DNA from: an uncultured Gammaproteobacteria bacterium | GTDB lineage: Bacteria; Pseudomonadota; Gammaproteobacteria; Arenicellales; DRJH01 | Assembly (NCBI GenBank): GCA_964415515.1 | Contig: CAYQAP010000002.1 | Span: 28,443 to 92,442 of the forward strand | Length of the DNA stretch: 64,000 bases | Reading direction: 5' to 3' | The notes under the pieces: model-generated | What the model was told of the DNA's origin: nothing | What the model saw: the letters and a program-made list of their open reading frames with translations, nothing else | Databases searched by the model: none | Part shown: positions 61,123 through 64,000 of the stretch, piece by piece | Layout of the letters: every line of letters starts with the position of its first letter | Position numbering within the stretch: position 1 is the stretch's first letter | Position numbers and translations under genes: made by a program

Positions 61123-63645
61123 CTAAAAAAGCTTGTTAGCGGCTGCGGGTGTACTGCCGGTTTGATTGCCGTTTGTCTTTACGCCATCCTTCGCTTGTGG
61201 TTGAGTACCCATAATAAAGTAGTCCGTATAGCTTTGCGGACTAGCTGCCGGGACGGCAAGGCCAGTCTTCTTGTCGACAACCACCGGCACCACATTATCT
61301 GGCATTAGCAAGGGCCTTTCCGGCATTCCGTGCAAAGCGGTTTTCATATAATCAATCCAGATCGGCAATGCTGCCCTGGAGCCTGCTTCTCTGCTACCCA
61401 GGTCTGCAGGCTGATCAAAACCAACCCATACAGATGTTACAACATCGGAATTAAACCCGGAAAACCAGGCGTCACGAAAATTATTGGTCGTGCCGGTTTT
61501 CCCTGCCAGATCATGTCTTCCCAACACCCGGGCACGAACCCCGGTCCCGGTACGAATAACTTCCCGCATCATCTCCGTAATCTGGTAAATATACTCGGGG
61601 CGGACAATCCTGGCCGCCCGAGACAATACGCCGGGAGGCTCGGGCCTTGCATTTTGTTCTGGGGCAGTTCGCTTCAGTGGCTGAATGCAGTAGCGGCATG
61701 CTAGTGGGGGCCTGACCTGCTCCAGTACCCGACCCGTACCGTCTTCGATACGCTCGATCAGCTGGGCCTTTATTCGATAACCACCGTTGGCCAAAGCTGC
61801 ATATTTGCTGATTAAATCCAGCGGTGCGATGCTCAGTGTCCCCAGTGCCAGCGACAGACCATGCGGCAGATCCTCAGCCCTGAAGCCAAAGCGCTGCAGA
61901 TAGCGAACCGTATAGTCAACTCCGACATTGCGCAACAACCGAATCGACACCAGATTCAGGGATCGTTTCAAGCCTTCACGCAAGCGCACCAGCCCAATAA
62001 ACTTTCCACTGTAATTCTCGGGTCGCCACACACTATCCAACGAAGTATCTTTGAGCACTATCGGTGCACCGGAAACCAGGGTAGTCGGTGTAAACCCTTT
62101 TTCCAGCGCTGAAAGATAGATAAAGGGCTTGATATTTGAACCTGGTTGGCGCTTGGCCTGCACACTGTGATTGAATTTGTTAAAGTAATAATCGAAACCA
62201 CCGACCAACGCCATAATATTCCCATTATTCGGGTTCATTGAAATCAGTGACCCAGATACGGCCGGTATCTGGCTGAGAACATAGGGTGTTTTATTGCCTG
62301 GCTTGATATAAATGACGTCACCACTCGTAACAATTTGTGCTGCTTTGCGGGGTTTCTTCCCCCGTTTGCGGGCACTAATATAAGGCCGGGCCCAGGCTAA
62401 TGCCGGCCAATTGAGCGTTAGCTGCTGGCCACTGCGAGTATAGACCCGAATGGACTTATCCTTCACCCCAAGCACCAGTGCCGGTTTAATATCTCCACTG
62501 TAAGGCGTATCGATCAGTATTTTTCTGATCTCTTTGGCGACATCTCCTTCGATATCAAATGGCGTACTGGTTGCCTTGGTCAGCAGCTCGGGGTGTTTTA
62601 GGATGGCTCCTCGAAAACCGTGTCGTTTATCGTACGCCAGCAGACCCGCACGCAAAGCTTCCCTGGCTTTGCGCTGCAGGTCGGCTCGTACCGTGGTGAT
62701 TACGCGATAACCAGTAGTGTAGGCTTGCGCACCAAAGCGATCAAACATCTCCCGTCGGACCATTTCCGCCACATACGGCGCTTTAAGTTGGGTTTTCAAT
62801 GTGTGCCGACTGGCGCTCAAATCACTGGAAACCGCCTGCTCATAGCTTGGTTGGTCGATTTTATTAAGTTCCCGCATGCGCTCGAGCACATAGTTGCGGC
62901 GCCTTAGGGCCGCTGCAGGGTTGGCAAGGGGGTTGTTGTGAGAAGGTGCTTTGGGCAACCCGGCCAGCATGGCGAACTCTGGTAACGCAAGTTCGCCCAG
63001 AGTACGCCCATAGTACGTTTGTGCCGCTGCAGCAAAACCATAGGCACGTTGGCCCAGAAATATCTTGTTCAAATACAACTCAAGGATCTGGTCTTTACTC
63101 AGCAAATACTCGAGTCGAAATGACAGCAGTATTTCCTTAAACTTGCGCGTATAGGTTTTCTCGCTGCTTAAAAAATAGTTCTTCGCCACCTGCATCGTGA
63201 TCGTACTGGCACCCTGCCCGCGTCTGCCACCACGGAGGTTAGCAAGCAAGGCACGCAGCAAACCCTTGGGATCAACCCCAAAGTGATGATAAAAATTACT
63301 GTCTTCGGCAGCCAGAATGGCATCAATCAGGGTTTGTGGTGTGTCTTGGGTTCGAACGGGAATCCGACGCTCTTCACCAAACTCAGCAATTAGCTGCAGG
63401 TCATGACTGAAAACCTTCAGTGGCACCTTGACCTTAAGGTCCTGATAGGATTCGATTTTTGGCAAACTCGGCCAAACCTGATATGCCACTATCGCCAGGA
63501 CCAATCCACCGATCACTGTACTGGCCAAGCCCAGCACCAACAGTCGTATCAATAATCGAAACAGCCACACGGTATTGTTCCCAGTAGATAACTGTTGCCA
63601 GTCTATCACAGCTGCCCTCTCATTATGTAGCACCTGTGTCGACAA
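61123..63645 (-). CDS. mrcA: Penicillin-binding protein 1A (bifunctional transglycosylase/transpeptidase)
   Basis: 840 aa (TTG start; alternative GTG 12 nt downstream). EDSNFYHHFGVD, GASTITMQVAKN, RKFKE, transpeptidase SxxK/KTG motifs (GSNIKP; KTGTTN). Confidence 0.94.
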   Translation of the reverse strand: MSTQVLHNERAAVIDWQQLSTGNNTVWLFRLLIRLLVLGLASTVIGGLVLAIVAYQVWPSLPKIESYQDLKVKVPLKVFSHDLQLIAEFGEERRIPVRTQDTPQTLIDAILAAEDSNFYHHFGVDPKGLLRALLANLRGGRRGQGASTITMQVAKNYFLSSEKTYTRKFKEILLSFRLEYLLSKDQILELYLNKIFLGQRAYGFAAAAQTYYGRTLGELALPEFAMLAGLPKAPSHNNPLANPAAALRRRNYVLERMRELNKIDQPSYEQAVSSDLSASRHTLKTQLKAPYVAEMVRREMFDRFGAQAYTTGYRVITTVRADLQRKAREALRAGLLAYDKRHGFRGAILKHPELLTKATSTPFDIEGDVAKEIRKILIDTPYSGDIKPALVLGVKDKSIRVYTRSGQQLTLNWPALAWARPYISARKRGKKPRKAAQIVTSGDVIYIKPGNKTPYVLSQIPAVSGSLISMNPNNGNIMALVGGFDYYFNKFNHSVQAKRQPGSNIKPFIYLSALEKGFTPTTLVSGAPIVLKDTSLDSVWRPENYSGKFIGLVRLREGLKRSLNLVSIRLLRNVGVDYTVRYLQRFGFRAEDLPHGLSLALGTLSIAPLDLISKYAALANGGYRIKAQLIERIEDGTGRVLEQVRPPLACRYCIQPLKRTAPEQNARPEPPGVLSRAARIVRPEYIYQITEMMREVIRTGTGVRARVLGRHDLAGKTGTTNNFRDAWFSGFNSDVVTSVWVGFDQPADLGSREAGSRAALPIWIDYMKTALHGMPERPLLMPDNVVPVVVDKKTGLAVPAASPQSYTDYFIMGTQPQAKDGVKTNGNQTGSTPAAANKLF

Positions 63646-63842
63646 CCTGTGCTGACGAATTGCTCACCCAGACCAGAAGTTTAAGGCTTCCTTTTGCTGG
63701 ATTTGCACCGGCTTCTATTAGCGTATTTTCTGAATGCCCACGGTACAGGCCTGTTTTTTTTTTAGATTCTGGACTATAGTTGTCCTGTTAATTCATCCAG
63801 TATGGGATATTGTGTCCCTAAACACAGGGAAAATAGAATATT

Positions 63843-64000
63843 TTGTCCTTGTTCAAGAAAAAATATCAGCCGCTGATCGGTATTGATATCAGCTCGGTAG
63901 CCACCAAATTTGTGGAATTATCGCATAGTGGTGATCATTATCGTGTGGAACACTTTGCCGTCCACGCATTGCCACCAAATGCAATGACAGAAAATGCGAT
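63843..64000 (+). CDS. pilM: Type IV pilus assembly protein PilM, N-terminal fragment (runs off window; not in the supplied ORF track)
   Basis: Hand translation from TTG 63843 gives (M)SLFKKKYQPLIGIDISSVATKFVELSHSGDHYRVEHFAVHALPPNAMTENA. This parallels P. aeruginosa PilM [27 protein letters not shown]... The divergent ponA-pilM arrangement is classical. Confidence 0.8.
   Translation, partial: MSLFKKKYQPLIGIDISSVATKFVELSHSGDHYRVEHFAVHALPPNAMTENA

Noticed and set aside
63745-63763. ACAGGCCTGT palindrome followed by T10 in the ponA-pilM divergent region
   Set aside because: The palindrome leaves no loop, giving at most a 3-bp stem, so it is not a credible terminator. The T-tract is more likely a promoter UP-element or curvature feature. 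It was noted only.

Overview
This 64-kb window is a chromosomal segment from a gammaproteobacterium. The assignment is inferred from gene order: hemA / TPR lipoprotein / lolB / ispE / tRNA-Gln / prs / ctc / pth / ychF, and mnmG ... rsmG-parA-parB-atpIBEFHAGDC ... glmUS, both Pseudomonas-like. Most of the window is housekeeping: rph-rdgB-gpmA, hemA-prfA-prmC, the glp regulon, the full F1Fo ATP synthase operon, glmUS, parAB, rsmG, mnmG, pilU, an MscS-family channel, ponA and the 5' end of pilM. The accessory content falls into four parts. (1) A ~16-kb Wzx/Wzy-dependent exopolysaccharide locus spans 1.5-17.9 kb. It carries a Wza-like exporter, a fused Wzc tyrosine autokinase and a PHP (CpsB-type) phosphatase. 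It contains a visibly AT-rich cassette, interrupted by a 746-bp internally deleted IS4/IS50-like element whose 18-bp terminal inverted repeats and 9-bp target duplication are still readable. (2) A two-gene periplasmic module (amicyanin-like cupredoxin plus an unrecognisable Tat-signal lipoprotein with His/Met-rich motifs) is wedged inside the glp regulon. (3) A four-gene insertion lies between mnmG and rsmG: an orphan PP2C phosphatase translationally coupled to rsmG, and divergently a GT2 + DUF2064 + LpxL-like acyltransferase operon. (4) A 552-aa polytopic membrane protein of unknown family heads the hemA-prfA-prmC gene string. No CRISPR array, rRNA, intact transposase, integrase or recognisable defence genes were seen. 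All calls come from reading the ORF translations and the DNA by eye. No database search or computation was run.
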